A DNA stretch of 64,000 nt, from IMG/VR virus record IMGVR_UViG_3300025608_000006. One strand, 5' to 3'. Origin of the DNA: a virus. Taxonomy: Duplodnaviria; Caudoviricetes. The translations under genes and the position numbers were made by a program. The notes beneath the pieces were generated by a model. The model saw only the letters and a list, made by a program, of their open reading frames with translations, was not told the origin of the DNA and made no database searches. Below are positions 48,808 through 59,043 of this stretch, in pieces (the first letter of the stretch is position 1; every line of letters starts with the position of its first letter).

Positions 48808-49566
48808 ATGGCAGATTTAGCGACACAAAAACAAGAAGTATTTGACTATGTAAATGCAATGCTCGGCGGGGGCATGGTTGATGTTGAACTTGACCCGATA
48901 CATTATAATACTGCACTTACAAAGGCGCTAACACGCTTTAGACAACGCAGCGATAACGCAGTCGAAGAAAGCTATATGTTTTTAACTACAGTTGTAGATC
49001 AAAACGAATATGTGTTACCTAATGAAGTTATGGAAGTACGTAAACTATTTCGTAGAAGTATTGGTTCACGTACTGGCGGCGGAGACGGCGGCAGTTTGTT
49101 TGAACCGTTTAACATGGCTTATACAAATACATATTTGTTGTCAGGATCTAAACTTGGCGGACTAGCAACATACGATATGTTTGCGCAACATCAAGAATTA
49201 GTTGGCAGAATGTTTGGTAGCTTTATTGAATTTAATTGGAGTAATACCAGCAAGAAGCTAACACTGCTACAGCGCCCGAGAGCAGAAGAAGGATTATTAC
49301 TTTACTGCTACAACTATCGTCCTGATAGTGAACTATTAAATGACTATCTAGCAGTGCAGTGGATCAAAGATTATACGTTAGCAGCCTGTAAATATATGCT
49401 CGGAGAAGCACGTAGTAAATTTGCTACTATTGCAGGTCCTCAAGGCGGATCAACACTTAACGGCGACACACTAAAAGCTGAAGCACAAGCTGAAATGGAA
49501 AAACTTGAAGTTGAAGTTAGTATGGCTGTACCAGGCGGCACGGGCTATGGATTCTTAATAGGTTAA
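48808..49566 (+). CDS. gp13: Neck protein, T4 gp13-like
   Basis: LGGGMVDVELD, WIKDYTLAACKYMLGEARSKF...GPQGGSTLNG; start moved to the ATG at 48808 after GGAG. Confidence 0.85.
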   Translation: MADLATQKQEVFDYVNAMLGGGMVDVELDPIHYNTALTKALTRFRQRSDNAVEESYMFLTTVVDQNEYVLPNEVMEVRKLFRRSIGSRTGGGDGGSLFEPFNMAYTNTYLLSGSKLGGLATYDMFAQHQELVGRMFGSFIEFNWSNTSKKLTLLQRPRAEEGLLLYCYNYRPDSELLNDYLAVQWIKDYTLAACKYMLGEARSKFATIAGPQGGSTLNGDTLKAEAQAEMEKLEVEVSMAVPGGTGYGFLIG

Positions 49567-49633
49567 AAAACACCCGAGTTTACGCTAACATTTACATATG
49601 CTGTAAATACAATATAACAAAGGAGTTACTATT

Positions 49634-49864
49634 GTGTGCAGTCCGTTTGTAAGAAAAGAAGCCAACCGCTTTTACTGGATAGTAAAAGGTTCATTAATCC
49701 CCCAATCATGGTCCGACAAAGATGTAGAAGGAATATACGATAGCTATATGAAACGCATCTGGGGCAATCACGAAAATTGTGTTCATGAAAAAGGATTCCC
49801 TGCTGCTTGGGCAGAAAGAGAAGCAGAAGAAATAAACCGAGTTGCAGTATTAGGTTACGATTAA
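49634..49864 (+). CDS. Small hypothetical protein (76 aa)
   Basis: TTG start with SD AAGGAG; TAAATA upstream; fills the gap between genes. Confidence 0.6.
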   Translation: MCSPFVRKEANRFYWIVKGSLIPQSWSDKDVEGIYDSYMKRIWGNHENCVHEKGFPAAWAEREAEEINRVAVLGYD

Positions 49865-49866
49865 GG

Positions 49867-49894
49867 TTGACAAATACATAAGTTCTGTTATAAT
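49867..49894 (+). promoter_or_regulatory. Consensus sigma70 promoter with extended -10
   Basis: TTGACA (49867-49872), 16 nt ending in TGT, TATAAT (49889-49894); SD AGGAG before 49917. Confidence 0.8.
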
Positions 49895-49916
49895 AATATA
49901 ATTATAGGAGAACAAT

Positions 49917-50441
49917 ATGAAACTAAAACTGCTAGTTATAGGTCACGGACGTCACGGTAAAGACACTGTATGTGAAATGCTTCGCGACAAATATGGTTAT
50001 AGTTTTGAAAGCAGCAGCAAGTTCTGTAGCAAGTTGTTTATCTATAATGATCTAAAAGACAAGTACGGATACACTGACGAAGAGCAGTGTTATGCAGATA
50101 GACATAACCATCGTCAAGAATGGTATGAAGCTATCTGTGATTACAATGTACCCGATGCAGGTACACTGGGTAGAGAAATATTCAAAGCACATGACATCTA
50201 TTGCGGCTTGCGTAATAAGCGTGAATTCCATGCTATGAAGAATACTGGTGTATTTGACAAAGCTATTTGGGTAGATCGCAGTGATCATCTTCCTCCCGAA
50301 AGCAAAAACTCAATGAGCTTAGAACAGTGGATGGCAGATTATACTATTGACAATAACGGCACACTTGAAGATTTAGAGTTTAACTTGGCTCAACTTATTG
50401 AGCACATTGATCCTTATAGTGTATCAGAAGTCGGGAGTTAA
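49917..50441 (+). CDS. Deoxynucleoside monophosphate kinase-like P-loop protein (T4 gp1-like)
   Basis: P-loop IGHGRHGKDTV; CGLRNKREF; IDNNGTLEDL. Confidence 0.75.
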   Translation: MKLKLLVIGHGRHGKDTVCEMLRDKYGYSFESSSKFCSKLFIYNDLKDKYGYTDEEQCYADRHNHRQEWYEAICDYNVPDAGTLGREIFKAHDIYCGLRNKREFHAMKNTGVFDKAIWVDRSDHLPPESKNSMSLEQWMADYTIDNNGTLEDLEFNLAQLIEHIDPYSVSEVGS

Positions 50442-50759
50442 ATCTCCTTGCTTCCATTTAACTCCTTCTTTTTGTAAAGTACGCTGACAGTTAGCACATA
50501 TAGTTTTTAGATTATTGTGACGGCAATTATTTAAATCGCCGTCTATATGAAACACATTAAACACTTCTATATGCTTGCTTGAAAAATTACATTTTTCGCA
50601 AGTATTTTTTTTCTCATACCCTCGTTGTTTCCACTTAGGAATTCCGTGTCCTTCACCGTTGCGTAAACAAGTCTCGCATAGTTTACGATAGTAGGTTTTA
50701 TTACCTTTTTTGTAGTTTATTGCTGCTGGACGCTGTTTACACTTGCATAATGGTCTCAT
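50424..50759 (-). CDS. Zn-finger HNH-like protein
   Basis: CKC..CETC, CEKC and FHIDGDLNNCRHNNLKTICANC; TAAATA sits 4 nt before the ATG. Confidence 0.75.
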   Translation of the reverse strand: MRPLCKCKQRPAAINYKKGNKTYYRKLCETCLRNGEGHGIPKWKQRGYEKKNTCEKCNFSSKHIEVFNVFHIDGDLNNCRHNNLKTICANCQRTLQKEGVKWKQGDLTPDF

Positions 50760-50872
50760 ATTGTATTTAGCTCACCTTTTCGGTCCCTTTTTCGGGGTGT
50801 TATAACAGGTGTTTTACTATGAATATAATAAATACTGTATAGAACACACTAACATCCAACAGGAGAAATAAC

Positions 50873-53800
50873 ATGGCATTAGTATCACCAGGCGTAGAGG
50901 TCAATGTAATTGACGAATCATTCTACACCCCAGCAGCAGCTGGAACGGTACCTATGATCTTTGTTGCTACTGCGACTAATAAAACTAAAAGCAGTGGCAC
51001 AGGAACAGCAGCAGGTACAACAAAAGCAAATGCGGGAAGACCTTATTTGATCACCAGTCAGCGTGAGCTTGGTGAAACATTTGGCGACGCATTATTTTAT
51101 AGCGACAACAACGGTAACATGATTCACGGCGGAGAGCTTAACGAATATGGCTTACAGGCTGCATACTCGACACTGGGTGTAAGTAACCGTGCATATGTTG
51201 TTCGTGCAGATTTAGATTTAGCAGAATTAACAGCAAGTGCTACAGCACCAGGCGGAGAGCCAGCAGACGGTGCATACTGGATGGATACATCTACAAGTAA
51301 CTACGGTATCCTTGCATGGAATTCAGCAGAAATTTCAACGTCAGGCGGACAGAGTTTTACTGCACAAGATCCACTTGTTATTACTGTAGTCACAGACTTA
51401 GTCGGAAACACAGAAGGTAATTATCCAAAAGAATCAATTGGTTCAATTGGGCAATATGCAGTAGATGCAAACGACAATATGAATAGACTGTACTTCAAAT
51501 CAGCTGGTAACACAGAAGCAGGCGTCGATGCAGGCGAATGGGTTGAAGTAGGTAGCGATGCATGGAAAAACAGCCACGCAACACTTACTACTGCAAAACT
51601 TTCTACAACAACACTTACACTAGGCGACACACTTACTATCAACGGTTTGACAACTACACCAACAACTGGCACTACAATGGCCGACGTAGTTACTGGTATT
51701 AATGACAGAGCTATAGACGGTATTACTGCTGCACTAGTTGACAATCAGGTAGAAATTTATGCAGATAGTACTGCAATGTCAGATGGTGCAACTGCCGACG
51801 GCAAAATTGCAATTTCTGCAGGCACAGGTGATTTGCTAACAGACTTAGCGTTAACAGCAGGAACATACAGTTCGCCTAGAGTTGCAACAGCACCGCATAC
51901 TAATGTTCCAGAATTTAAAGACAGTGATGACAACCCAGCCCCAACAGGTTCAGTTTGGATCAAAACAACTACTCCAAACGGCGGCGCGAAGCTTAGTATT
52001 AGACAGTATAACGCAGCTACACAGCTATGGTCTTCAGTAACAACACCAATTTATACAACTTCAGAAGGTGCTATCTATGGTCTCGATGCAGCAGGCGGCG
52101 GCGCAAATCTTGCAGCAGGCGCCCTTTATGCTAAAGTGAATACAGAAGAGCTAACAAATCCAATTGTTAACTACAAAGTGTTTACAAGAGCAACTACAGG
52201 CGCAACAACTGTTACTGGTAGTGTTATTTCTAATCAGTTTACTGCGGCTGCCACTTATACATTTACGCTTCAGGAAACTAAAGTAGCATCTAATTCATTA
52301 TCAACTTCGTCTGGAGTTAGTATTACTGCTGCTGGTGACTCATCTGATTCAGAAACAATAGTAGCAGCAATTAACGCACTGGGCATGACAAATGTCGTAG
52401 CACTAGTTGATTCACAAAATAGAATTGTTATTTCTCATAAGCTAGGTGGCGATATTAAGATGATCGATACAGATGGAGGTCTGGCACTAGCAGGATTTGT
52501 TCCAGCTTCGGTTGCTAACCTTTACAATGGTCCAGATAGTGACAATGACGATGCTGCAGATACTGCTGAAGGTATTGTTGCTTCTAACTGGAAACCTTTA
52601 GTTTATACAGCATCAGGCACAGAGCCACTTAACTTACCTGCACAAGGTCAGCTATGGTACAATAGTGTTGTTGACGAAGTTGATCTCCTAGTACACAACG
52701 GCGAAGCTTGGGTAGGACTTGCATATGACGGCGCAAGCGGTTTAAGTGATATTGCTAGCCCATACAGCGGCACAGATCCAGAAGGACCAATTGTTGCTGC
52801 TTCAGAACCTACCAAACAAGCAGATGGTACAACTGATCTAGTTAATGGCGATATTTGGATATCAACTGCAGATATTGAAAACTATCCAGCAATTTACAGA
52901 TATAACGGCACACTAAGTGAGTGGGTATTACTTGATAAAGCAGACCAAACTACTGAAAACGGAGTGTTATTCGCAGATGCACGTCAAGGCGACACTGGTG
53001 GAACAGCAGATGATGCACCAAGTGCGACTATTGCAGAATTAATGCTAAGTGATTATGTAGACACAGACTGTCCAGATCCTGCTCTATATCCAAAAGGTAT
53101 GTTGCTATGGAACCTACGCAAGAGTGGATTTAACGTTAAGCGTTTTGAGCGTAACTATGTAGATACAGCAGAGAAAAACATTCGTCAAGGCGGAGTTGAT
53201 GCTGGCGCTTCAATGGCAGCTTACTATCCACACCGTTGGGTTACTGACTCAGGTAACCAAGCAGACGGTTCGGGTAGCTTCGGACGTCACGCACAGCGTA
53301 AGAGTGTTGTACAAGCATTACAAGCAACTGTTAACAGCAACCAGGATATTCGTGACGAAGAAAGTCGTCAGTTTAACCTAATTGCTACTCCAGGTTATCC
53401 AGAGCTAATTGGCGAAATGATCACACTAAACTATGACAGACGCTTAACAGCATTTGTTATTGGTGATACACCATTCCGTTTAACACCAGATGCAACTTCA
53501 TTAAACGAATGGGCAACTAACGTTAAACTAGCACTTGAAGACAACGACAATGGTGCAGTTAGCTTTGACGAGTACATGGCTATGTATTACGGTTCAGGTT
53601 TCACAAGTGATAATGCAGGAAACAACATTGTTGTTCCACCAAGTCATATGGCACTACGCACTATCGTACTAAATGATCAGGTTGCTTTCCCTTGGTTTGC
53701 GCCAGCAGGCACAAGACGAGGCGGCGTGAGCAACGCTACAAGTTCAGGATATATTACAAGTGAAGGCGAATTTAAGTCTGTAGCACTTAATACTGGACAG

Positions 53801-54226
53801 CGTGATACACTATATTCAAACGCAATTAACCCAATTACGTTTATTAGTGGCGCAGGACTTGTTGTATTTGGTCAAAAGACTCGTGCAAGAAATGCAAGTG
53901 CATTGGATCGTGTGAACGTAGCACGTCTAACTGTTTACTTACGTGGACAGCTTGAGCTATTGGCTAAGCCATACTTGTTTGAACCAAATGATAAGATCAC
54001 AAGAGATCAAGTCAAAGCAGCAGCAGATGCATTGCTACTAGAGCTAGTAGCACTAAGAGCACTATACGACTTCCTAGTAGTGTGTGATGAATCAAACAAC
54101 ACACCATCAAGAATTGATCGTAACGAGCTTTACTTAGATATTGCCATTGAGCCAGTTAAAGCAATTGAATTTATCTACATTCCATTGCGTATTAAAAACA
54201 CAGGCGAGATTGCAGCACTAGGTTAA
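50873..54226 (+). CDS. gp18: Tail sheath protein, T4 gp18-like, with large insertions (1117 aa)
   Basis: MALVSPGVEVNVIDES, WFAPAGTRRG, RDTLYSNAINPI, FGQKT, ALDRVNVARL, LFEPND and DESNNTPSRIDRNEL; late promoter at 50828-50834. Confidence 0.95.
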   Translation: MALVSPGVEVNVIDESFYTPAAAGTVPMIFVATATNKTKSSGTGTAAGTTKANAGRPYLITSQRELGETFGDALFYSDNNGNMIHGGELNEYGLQAAYSTLGVSNRAYVVRADLDLAELTASATAPGGEPADGAYWMDTSTSNYGILAWNSAEISTSGGQSFTAQDPLVITVVTDLVGNTEGNYPKESIGSIGQYAVDANDNMNRLYFKSAGNTEAGVDAGEWVEVGSDAWKNSHATLTTAKLSTTTLTLGDTLTINGLTTTPTTGTTMADVVTGINDRAIDGITAALVDNQVEIYADSTAMSDGATADGKIAISAGTGDLLTDLALTAGTYSSPRVATAPHTNVPEFKDSDDNPAPTGSVWIKTTTPNGGAKLSIRQYNAATQLWSSVTTPIYTTSEGAIYGLDAAGGGANLAAGALYAKVNTEELTNPIVNYKVFTRATTGATTVTGSVISNQFTAAATYTFTLQETKVASNSLSTSSGVSITAAGDSSDSETIVAAINALGMTNVVALVDSQNRIVISHKLGGDIKMIDTDGGLALAGFVPASVANLYNGPDSDNDDAADTAEGIVASNWKPLVYTASGTEPLNLPAQGQLWYNSVVDEVDLLVHNGEAWVGLAYDGASGLSDIASPYSGTDPEGPIVAASEPTKQADGTTDLVNGDIWISTADIENYPAIYRYNGTLSEWVLLDKADQTTENGVLFADARQGDTGGTADDAPSATIAELMLSDYVDTDCPDPALYPKGMLLWNLRKSGFNVKRFERNYVDTAEKNIRQGGVDAGASMAAYYPHRWVTDSGNQADGSGSFGRHAQRKSVVQALQATVNSNQDIRDEESRQFNLIATPGYPELIGEMITLNYDRRLTAFVIGDTPFRLTPDATSLNEWATNVKLALEDNDNGAVSFDEYMAMYYGSGFTSDNAGNNIVVPPSHMALRTIVLNDQVAFPWFAPAGTRRGGVSNATSSGYITSEGEFKSVALNTGQRDTLYSNAINPITFISGAGLVVFGQKTRARNASALDRVNVARLTVYLRGQLELLAKPYLFEPNDKITRDQVKAAADALLLELVALRALYDFLVVCDESNNTPSRIDRNELYLDIAIEPVKAIEFIYIPLRIKNTGEIAALG

Positions 54227-54237
54227 TATGCGCATAT

Positions 54238-54265
54238 AATGAGTGGAGAATAATCTCCACTCATT
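54238..54265. terminator. Perfect 12-bp hairpin between sheath and tube genes (terminator or processing/stability element)
   Basis: AATGAGTGGAGA-ATAA-TCTCCACTCATT, followed by late promoter ATAAATA at 54271-54277. Confidence 0.6.
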
Positions 54266-54295
54266 TAAGCATAAATACTGTATAGGAGATTAAGA

Positions 54296-54940
54296 ATGCC
54301 AATCACAACATTACAAAATATTAGTGTACCTACAGAAGGTGCTGGATCTAACTCGTCATTATTGATGCCTAAGTTACAGTATCGCTTTAGAGTATTACTA
54401 GACAACTTCGGTACAACTGGTGGACCAGACGGTACAAGAGAAGTTTCAAGACAAGTAGTAGACGTAACTCGTCCAAACGTAAGTTTTGAGCAAATGACAA
54501 TTGAAGCTTACAACTCAAGAACATATCTTGCTGGTAAGCATACATGGGAACCAATTACACTTACACTACGCGAAGATGCAAACAACAACGTACAAAAAGT
54601 TGTTGGACAGCAGCTACAAAAGCAGTTCGACTTCTTCGAACAGTCCAGCGCAGTATCAAGTGGTACTTACAAGTTCCAAACTAGTATCGAAATACTAGAC
54701 GGCGGCAACGGCGCAAATGGTGCAAACATAATTGACCGATTCCGCTTAGTAGGTTGCTATATTGAATCGGCTAATTATAATACATTAGCATATGCTACTA
54801 ACGAAGCAGTTACTACTTCATTAACTATTCGTTATGATAACGCTATCCAATTTGGTGCAGACGAGTCATTCGAAGGCATCGGCGAAGCAGTTACAAGAGC
54901 AGTAGCAGCAGGCATCGGCGGCACAACTGTAACTGGCTAA
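54296..54940 (+). CDS. gp19: Tail tube protein, T4 gp19-like
   Basis: Follows the sheath; PKLQYRFRV, YLAGKHTWEPITLTLRED, LTIRYDNA. Confidence 0.9.
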   Translation: MPITTLQNISVPTEGAGSNSSLLMPKLQYRFRVLLDNFGTTGGPDGTREVSRQVVDVTRPNVSFEQMTIEAYNSRTYLAGKHTWEPITLTLREDANNNVQKVVGQQLQKQFDFFEQSSAVSSGTYKFQTSIEILDGGNGANGANIIDRFRLVGCYIESANYNTLAYATNEAVTTSLTIRYDNAIQFGADESFEGIGEAVTRAVAAGIGGTTVTG

Positions 54941-54971
54941 TACGTTTAGTTAAGGTTGGTGTTTTATATAG

Positions 54972-55008
54972 AAAGCGGAGATTGTTAATTCAGTCTTCGC
55001 TTTTCTTT
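54972..55008 (+). terminator. Intrinsic terminator after the tail tube gene
   Basis: AAAGCGGAGATTG-TTAATT-CAGTCTTCGCTTT followed by TCTTT. Confidence 0.75.
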
Positions 55009-55043
55009 ATATATGCACATTATACATAAGGATAAATATTAGT

Positions 55044-56270
55044 ATGAGTTTAAAAGATGCATTCCTGTTCAACCTACAATCAGAAACACACTTGCGTGAT
55101 GCTCGTCATGCGAACCAAATTTATACTCAAAATAATTTTGCCTTTTCGCCTAAAACAAAATACATGTATCATGTTAGGTTTGAACCTAACGAAGAAGTCG
55201 GCAACAGTGCTACATCAAATGTATTTAGATTTCAAAAAGAAATAGGTATACTTGTTAAAAGTGCAGATCTGCCAAGTTTTAGAGCAAGTGTAGAAAACAA
55301 ACAACAGTACAATCGTAAAAAGAATGTACAAACTCGTGTTGATTATCAAGACTGTAGAATTGCATTTCATGATGATAATACTGGAGTTACTAGAGCGTTA
55401 TTGGAAGAATACTATAGATACTATTTTGTTGATGCTAATCAAGCAACAACTGGAAGTAATGGTGCATACGTACCTAGAGACAAGTATTTTGAAAAAGTAC
55501 CTTCGTACGGATTAGATAACGGCAAAAGAAATCCGTTTTTTAAATACATCACAATATATCAATTATCACGCAGAGAGTGGGTAGCTTATACACTAGTTAA
55601 TCCGTTACTTACAGCGTGGGATCACGGTAGTGTTGAGTCTAGCGGCACAGACTTTAACGAAAACACAATAAGTGTTGCATACGAAGCAGTTCAATATACT
55701 AGTGGAACAGTTGCAGGAGATACACCAGCAGGGTTTGCAGACGCAAACACAGGTTACGATGTAGAACCAAGTCCACTAGGGTATCTCGATAACGCAATGA
55801 TTCAAGGTAATGACGGCGGCAAAGGATTACTTCCTTCGATATTAGGCTTGGGAACATCTGCATTATTAAACAAGGCTTTTGGCAATAGCAATAGTCCAAG
55901 TAAAAATATAATTAAACAAGTGGCAACTGGTGTAATAGGCAGCGTAGTGTCTAACGTAATATCACAAAATCGATTACCGGTGCCTGATCCGCAAAATCAA
56001 CAAGAAGCAGCAACTTCGCAATCGGATAATTCAAGATCGTTAAGAGCATCCACTATCAATACGCTATTGTCAAATCCTGCTATTGCAAGTCAAGTAAATC
56101 CTGCATTAATTAATAGTGGCGCTCTTCCCAACGTAAGTATTAACGATTATAATAATGCATCAGCTTCGCAAAAAGCATCATACGATGCACAAATATCGAC
56201 TAGTATTGCTAATGGTGACCAAAAGTTAACACAAGTCGCATCAAATACGTTAAGTAAATTAGGTTATTAA
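55044..56270 (+). CDS. Tube-fold protein (gp19/gp54/gp48-like tail tube initiator or baseplate protein)
   Basis: LVKSADLPSF, KQQYNRKKNVQTRVDY, FHDDN, ISVAYE resemble the tube fold; ATAAATA at 55032-55038. Confidence 0.6.
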   Translation: MSLKDAFLFNLQSETHLRDARHANQIYTQNNFAFSPKTKYMYHVRFEPNEEVGNSATSNVFRFQKEIGILVKSADLPSFRASVENKQQYNRKKNVQTRVDYQDCRIAFHDDNTGVTRALLEEYYRYYFVDANQATTGSNGAYVPRDKYFEKVPSYGLDNGKRNPFFKYITIYQLSRREWVAYTLVNPLLTAWDHGSVESSGTDFNENTISVAYEAVQYTSGTVAGDTPAGFADANTGYDVEPSPLGYLDNAMIQGNDGGKGLLPSILGLGTSALLNKAFGNSNSPSKNIIKQVATGVIGSVVSNVISQNRLPVPDPQNQQEAATSQSDNSRSLRASTINTLLSNPAIASQVNPALINSGALPNVSINDYNNASASQKASYDAQISTSIANGDQKLTQVASNTLSKLGY

Positions 56271-56280
56271 GGAACATCAT

Positions 56281-56655
56281 ATGTCTAAGTCTGTATCAGA
56301 TAGTACAAATATTAATAGTAATTTAGAACTAACACCTGAATATTTTAATAATTTTTATAACATAGAAATAAGTTATAATCCTGGTGAAGTTGATGCAGTT
56401 ATTGGTTATTTCCTTAAAAGAGGTTTTGAAAAAACTGCTGCAATCAACACAGCAAGTGTACTATTACAACAGGCAAAAATAGACAATCTAAATGTTCAAA
56501 CACTAATTGATACATTAAAAGGTGTAACAGACGTACAACTAAGTTTAATTGTCGCTCAGATACTTAATTTTAATAGAGCTAAAACTAGTGTATTAGGGTT
56601 TAGAGACAGTAATACTCAGCAAGAATTGTTCGAACAAAGAAACGTTGTAATATGA
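56281..56655 (+). CDS. Hypothetical protein (124 aa)
   Basis: SD AAGGA; co-oriented and tightly packed. Confidence 0.7.
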   Translation: MSKSVSDSTNINSNLELTPEYFNNFYNIEISYNPGEVDAVIGYFLKRGFEKTAAINTASVLLQQAKIDNLNVQTLIDTLKGVTDVQLSLIVAQILNFNRAKTSVLGFRDSNTQQELFEQRNVVI

Positions 56656-56656
56656 C

Positions 56657-57094
56657 ATGTCTAGATTTGCTCAAGGTAAATTCAATCTAAAAAATCCAGA
56701 AAAATATATAGGTAATAAGGCACCTACATATCGTTCAGGATGGGAATTTACTTTTATGAAATTCTGTGACGAGCATCCTGCAATTGAACAATGGGCAAGT
56801 GAAGCAGTACGTATTCCTTATCGTAATCCTCTAACTGGCAAACAGACTATCTATGTACCTGACTTCTTTATTTCTTATGCAGATAAAAGTACTAAAAAAC
56901 GTGTAGAACTTATTGAAGTTAAACCTGCTAATCAAGCAATGAGAGAAAGATTAGGCAAATCAAAACATAATCAAGCACATTATGTTGTTAATCAAGCCAA
57001 ATGGGAAGCCGCAAGAGCATGGTGCAAGCAAAAAGGAATTACATTCCGTATCGTTACTGAAGATGATATATTTCATACTGGGCGCAAAAGATAA
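56657..57094 (+). CDS. gp4: Head completion nuclease, T4 gp4-like (TnsA-type PD-(D/E)XK)
   Basis: KNPEKYIG, YRSGWE, WASEAVRIPY, YVPDF, IEVKP, AKWEAA, FRIVTE. Confidence 0.9.
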   Translation: MSRFAQGKFNLKNPEKYIGNKAPTYRSGWEFTFMKFCDEHPAIEQWASEAVRIPYRNPLTGKQTIYVPDFFISYADKSTKKRVELIEVKPANQAMRERLGKSKHNQAHYVVNQAKWEAARAWCKQKGITFRIVTEDDIFHTGRKR

Positions 57095-57123
57095 ATAATA
57101 GTAGCATATAATGGAAGGCTACC

Positions 57124-57633
57124 ATGACTAAGAAATTAGAAGATTTATTGAACTTGCCTGATTCAAAAGAAATTATTGAAGATGCAGAAGTCCAAGAAGC
57201 AGAGCAAAAGAAATACGAAATTGATCAAGCTGAAACATTTCGTGATATTGAAGAATTTGATAAAATTGCAAGTGCATTGCCTAGTGTAAGAGGACTGGGA
57301 CAAAAAGCAGACGAAGAACTAAACGAAATTGCCGACAAGGCAATGCAAGCATATGACGACTTAATGGACCTAGGCATGAACGTCGAAGCACGATACAGTG
57401 GTAGAGTATTTGAAACTGCTGGCGGCATGCTTAAAACATCTCTAGATGCTAAAGTTGCAAAGTTAGATAAAAAACTTAAGATGGTAGAATTGCAACTTAA
57501 AAAAGAGAAGATGGACAAAGATAGTACAGCACCCGGCGACGGCGACATTGTTAACGGAGCAGGGTATGTTGTTACTGACCGTAATAGTTTATTAGAGAAG
57601 CTCAAAGGTCTAGATAGTAGCGATAAAAAATAA
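57124..57633 (+). CDS. Helical protein, possibly small terminase subunit
   Basis: Coiled-coil, about 170 aa, near gp4/gp17; the function is positional inference only. Confidence 0.4.
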   Translation: MTKKLEDLLNLPDSKEIIEDAEVQEAEQKKYEIDQAETFRDIEEFDKIASALPSVRGLGQKADEELNEIADKAMQAYDDLMDLGMNVEARYSGRVFETAGGMLKTSLDAKVAKLDKKLKMVELQLKKEKMDKDSTAPGDGDIVNGAGYVVTDRNSLLEKLKGLDSSDKK

Positions 57634-58454
57634 TGCTAATATATGGATCGTATGCTTTAAATTACTGGTTTGACGACTATTATAAATCTCCAACAGATAT
57701 TGATGTAGTTGTATATGATTCAAAATTATACAACTCCGAAATAATTAATGAATTAAAAGCTACAAAATTACCAGTTGAAATAACAGATTCGAGTGAGTCA
57801 TATTTTTTTAAAGAACTAGAAAATATGATAGAAGATTACTATCTAAATCCAACTGGGTTGCTCACTGTAAAAATGTCTCATGCAATGTATAATTACAACT
57901 TAGACAAAACAGTAAACGATATTATATTCTTGCAGCAAAAAGGCGTGACATACGATTTAGAAATCTTAAATATGCTACGTACACATTGGAAAGAACGTTA
58001 CAAAAATTTTAGAGAGACGATGAATTTTAATTTACCTCCTGAAGAGTTTTTTAATAGTTCAGTTAGTCGTTATGTTGAACACGACGAATTACATGATATA
58101 TTAAAATTAGATAGTATTCCTGCGTATAAGAAAATATTAGACAACGATGTAACTGTAAAAGTATCTCGAAAAAAGTTTGATGCACTTAGTCATGAAGAGC
58201 AAATGGCAACTGTTATTGAAGAAATATCTGTATTAGCATGTGAACGTTATTTTTATATTTTAGACGCAAAGACTGCGTTTATTCAAGCAGCGCAAGATTT
58301 TCTTACACGAATGACATCAGGCTGGTATAATATTTTTCTGTTAGAAAATATTCAAGCAGTATTTAATTTTAATAACGTCTCGCATTTTAATACTATGAAA
58401 CAGATTATGCAGTTTATCAGACGTGAACAATATCAACACAACGAAGATAAATAA
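57633..58454 (+). CDS. Pol-beta-like nucleotidyltransferase-fold phage protein
   Basis: N-terminal IYGSYAL...TDIDVVV (GS..DxD); HDELH; visibly AT-rich relative to its neighbours. Confidence 0.6.
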   Translation: MLIYGSYALNYWFDDYYKSPTDIDVVVYDSKLYNSEIINELKATKLPVEITDSSESYFFKELENMIEDYYLNPTGLLTVKMSHAMYNYNLDKTVNDIIFLQQKGVTYDLEILNMLRTHWKERYKNFRETMNFNLPPEEFFNSSVSRYVEHDELHDILKLDSIPAYKKILDNDVTVKVSRKKFDALSHEEQMATVIEEISVLACERYFYILDAKTAFIQAAQDFLTRMTSGWYNIFLLENIQAVFNFNNVSHFNTMKQIMQFIRREQYQHNEDK

Positions 58455-58481
58455 TACATATAGAACAGGGATCATTGCGCA

Positions 58482-59039
58482 ATGAGATCATTTACAGAAA
58501 TACTTACAGAGTCTAAAAAGACTTATGAATTTAAAATTGGAGTTGCTGGACCGTTACCAGAAGGCTTTGCAGACTCTATGGAAACATCACTTAAAAAGTT
58601 TAATGTTTCTAATATGACGTCAGGAAAGAAAACTCCAATTCAAGAACGTCCACTAGATTTCCCACAACTACAAAATATGGAAGTAACATACTTTGAAGTT
58701 GCTGTTGAATATCCAACTACAAGTCAAGTACTACAAGAGTATGTAGGTAAATGCTGCGGCGTTGATCAGGCATACATTATTGTACGCAATGCAAACGATC
58801 CAAGAGAAGAATATCAAGAAATGAAAGACGATACTCCGTATGAAGCTATGTTGACCAAAGAAGACATGGGCGGAGAAACTGCACAAGAAGATGTAGCAGG
58901 CAATCGTGTAATGAGTTTATTAAAAGAATTAGAAACTGCTCGCAAGGAAAATGAACACAGTGGTGCAGAAGGTGCTCCAGTTGGAGAATCATCTGATATT
59001 GGTGATGCAGAGAATACTAAAGCAGTTGTAGGAGGCTGA
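58482..59039 (+). CDS. Putative internal head protein with a capsid-targeting-like N-terminus
   Basis: MRSFTEILTE resembles the T4 CTS MKTYQEFIAE; late promoter at 58447-58453. Confidence 0.55.
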   Translation: MRSFTEILTESKKTYEFKIGVAGPLPEGFADSMETSLKKFNVSNMTSGKKTPIQERPLDFPQLQNMEVTYFEVAVEYPTTSQVLQEYVGKCCGVDQAYIIVRNANDPREEYQEMKDDTPYEAMLTKEDMGGETAQEDVAGNRVMSLLKELETARKENEHSGAEGAPVGESSDIGDAENTKAVVGG

Positions 59040-59043
59040 AATT

